From Octopus bimaculoides (taxonomy: Eukaryota): 64,000 bases of DNA. Below are positions 61,593-64,000 of this stretch, in pieces. Under the pieces are notes generated by a model, which was not told the DNA's origin, did not search any database, and saw only the letters and a list, made by a program, of their open reading frames with translations. The number at the start of each line of letters is the position of its first letter. Position 1 is the first letter of the stretch. The translations under genes and the position numbers were made by a program. The stretch spans positions 4,428,687 to 4,492,686 of the forward strand of contig NC_068997.1 in NCBI RefSeq assembly GCF_001194135.2, in the 5' to 3' direction.

Positions 61593-63130
61593 AAACTTAG
61601 ATAAACTTAGATATGTTTCAACCAAAGATTGGTCCACGCCGTGTCTAACTTAATAGCACCACCTGATAGGATTATCTAAATCCTTTTAAAGTCAAGTTTT
61701 GTTCATGGTCCATTCAAGTAGTGAGTTCTTATTGGGTGAGTTGTATCTAGGTATGGGTGGCTTGTATTCCTTGAAGAAAGATGTCTAGACTCCGTTTAAA
61801 GCTGATAGGATCCTTTTCCTCTTTTATCTGTTTCGGGACAATGTTAAACAGGGCAGGGCCTGTTGAGGAAAAGAAATTATGCCGCAATGTACCTATATGT
61901 TGTGTTCCTGAATTGGGTAGGGGACGTATGGCCCGTGGTCTCAGCCTTGGATGAACCTTGAAACTAATGTTCAGGTCGTTTGGGCAATGCTGACGGTATA
62001 TTCTCCACATCGTACAAATGATGTACCGCTCGTGGCGGCGCTGGAGAGAGTAGAGCTTCAAGGCTTTAAGGCGGTCCCAGTAATCAAGATCAGTCATGCC
62101 TTCAATTCGTTTAGTGAGTGCCCTCTGGGGTGATTCAGTCCTCGAGATGCTTTGTTCAGTATGGAGAGACTACAAGGGGCAGCAGTATTCGAGGTGTGTC
62201 CGTACAAAGGAGGAGAAAAGTGGAATGATGACACCTTGTTCCCTGGACCGGAAGGTTCTTAAAATCCAGGAGCTCACCCTACGAGCTACATTGACCTTAT
62301 TATTGATGTGGGCACTCCAATTGAGATTGTTGTCAACAATTACACCCAGATCTCTGATATTATTGGATGCCGTGAGCGGTTCCCCTGAAGGAAGAGAGTA
62401 TGGCTGTTTTAGTATGGACTTTCTTCCAAAATGCATCAGCTCAAATTTTCCCTCGTTCAGTTTCATTTTGTTTTTATCTGCCCCTTGACTCACAGCATAT
62501 AGATCAGAGTGGAGTTGTGCTCGGTCTTCTTCTTCATTGATTTATTGGAGCTTAGTGTCATCAGCAAATATTTTCACTTTGCAGTGATTTACGACGCTGG
62601 AATGGTCATTTATGTAAATTATAAAGAGGAGCGGGCCCAAGACAGTCCCCTGAGTTCCACCACTGGTGACTTTTGCTGGGCTTGAGTGGACGCCATCGAC
62701 CACAACTTCTTGTGTTCTATTCTCCAGGAAATACTTAATCCAGTGTAGAAGTTTTCCACAGATTCCAACATTTGCCAATTTTGTAAGATATTATGGTCAA
62801 CCCTGTCAAACGCTTTACTGAAGTCAAGATATATGACATCAGCGTTCGAACCTGTTACCAAGGCTTTAAGTATATCTTCAATGTGGTGTAAGAGCTGTGT
62901 TAGACAGTCCTTGCCACAGCGAAAGCCATGCTGGTTTGCATTTAGGAGTTTGTGGGTCTCCAGGAAGTCAGTTATCCTTCATGTTACCACCCTTTCAAAC
63001 ACTTTAATGATGTGGGAGGTGAGTGAGATTGAGCGATAGTTGACTGCGAGGGATCTGTTTCCCTGTTTGAAAAACCGGGATGACAGACTTGGATAGGAGC
63101 TGTTTCGGTATATAACCTGAGTCTAAAGAA
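61593..63130 (-). mobile_element. 5'-truncated CR1-group LINE (RT region + 3' UTR), frameshifted
   Basis: Minus-strand motifs NYRSISLTSHIIKVFERV, DVIYLDFSKAFDRVDH, GTVLGPLLFIIYIND, KIFADDTKL, FVRTHLEYCCPL, LYSLQRRHER; 3' end in tandem TCTAAGTTTA repeats. Confidence 0.93.
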
Positions 63131-63365
63131 TTTATACACATACGTATGTCCGTGTTGTCTAAGTACAATGATGAAATTTAATATTTTCTCGATATGATTT
63201 TGACGTGAAGATACGAATAAATTATCTGCTAATTAAGTTTTACAAGAAACAAAGGGAGGACTTAAGATTTCGAGAATTTCTCATAGCACAATCAGAAACT
63301 TTGGGTGGTATTTATGTATTCTCAAGAAGTTACTTACTCTCGTGATCATCCGTAAATGCACTGTA

Positions 63366-63500
63366 TTCCGACAGAATGGAGCACCCTACCGTTCTACAAA
63401 GAGCGCGAAGAGCTGTCTTAAAGCTGATGATATTACTCTATTGGGAAAATGGCAAGGACCAGCTCTTGAATTGATCTCTATAGTAAATATGTGGGGTCAC
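63366..63500 (+). pseudogene. Decayed Tc1-type transposase catalytic fragment
   Basis: Translates FRQNGAPYRSTKSAKSCLKADDITLLGKWQGPALELISIVNMWGH, which follows the FQQDGAPxH...WPxxSPDLNxIENxW pattern with catalytic residues lost. Confidence 0.65.
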
Positions 63501-64000
63501 ATTTACAGATGAATATGCTTCATCGATTTTGGATTTAAAGAGAAAAAAATTGCAGGTTTATGTATTTGGTTTGCAAGATTCTTGATGTGAAATCGTGTGT
63601 TGAAACAGATATTGTTTTGCTTAGGGTTGGTCATCTTTTGCCAGTTAAACACACGCACTATACAAAATAATCCTTTCTACAATAGGCACAAGGCTTGAAA
63701 TTTTGGGGGAGCACTAGGTTTGATTTACCCCCACTCCTTTGAATTTGTTGGCCTTTTGCTGTCTCTCACCTCCTCCTCTTCTGTCACCCACTGTGTATTA
63801 GTGTACCTTTTGTCCAAATTGCTTTCCTTGTACCAAAATTTAAAACAAAGGTATATGTAATAAGTACCAACCACTCTTCTTCCAGTACAGATCCTGACTT
63901 TCCCTTGGATCAATACTGAGAGGTCCGAGTGGGTGTTTGAAACCATTGTTATTGTTATTAACGCCGTGAGCTGGCAGATTCGTTAACATACTGAACAAAA

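Overview
AT-rich, gap-riddled (many N runs) eukaryotic draft-assembly sequence with a very high density of microsatellites (TA, TG, GA, GATA, TAA, CAT, GGT). The repeat repertoire looks like a coleoid cephalopod, most likely Octopus; this is an inference from repeat types, not a database match. I recognise no host protein-coding gene, and almost all ORFs in the track are microsatellite or N-gap artefacts. The window is a mobile-element landscape. (1) An apparently full-length but inactivated R4/Dong-clade non-LTR retrotransposon (RT + CCHC + restriction-like endonuclease) at ~32.4-37.0 kb, ending in (TAA)n. (2) A 5'-truncated CR1-group LINE at 61.6-63.1 kb plus older LINE remnants. (3) An ORF1-only L1/Tx1-type element at 58.5-59.4 kb whose 3' end is shared with one SINE copy. 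(4) Several Tc1/mariner elements: a full-size decayed mariner, a DD37D maT-type fragment, internally deleted and long-TIR derivatives, and MITEs. (5) A hAT MITE and Helitron ends. (6) At least four tRNA-derived SINE families, often nested. (7) Two minimal hammerhead-ribozyme motifs of the type carried by Penelope-like elements (1696-1772 with an intact core; 42054-42091 with a variant core). Several long inverted repeats and hairpins could form dsRNA if transcribed.
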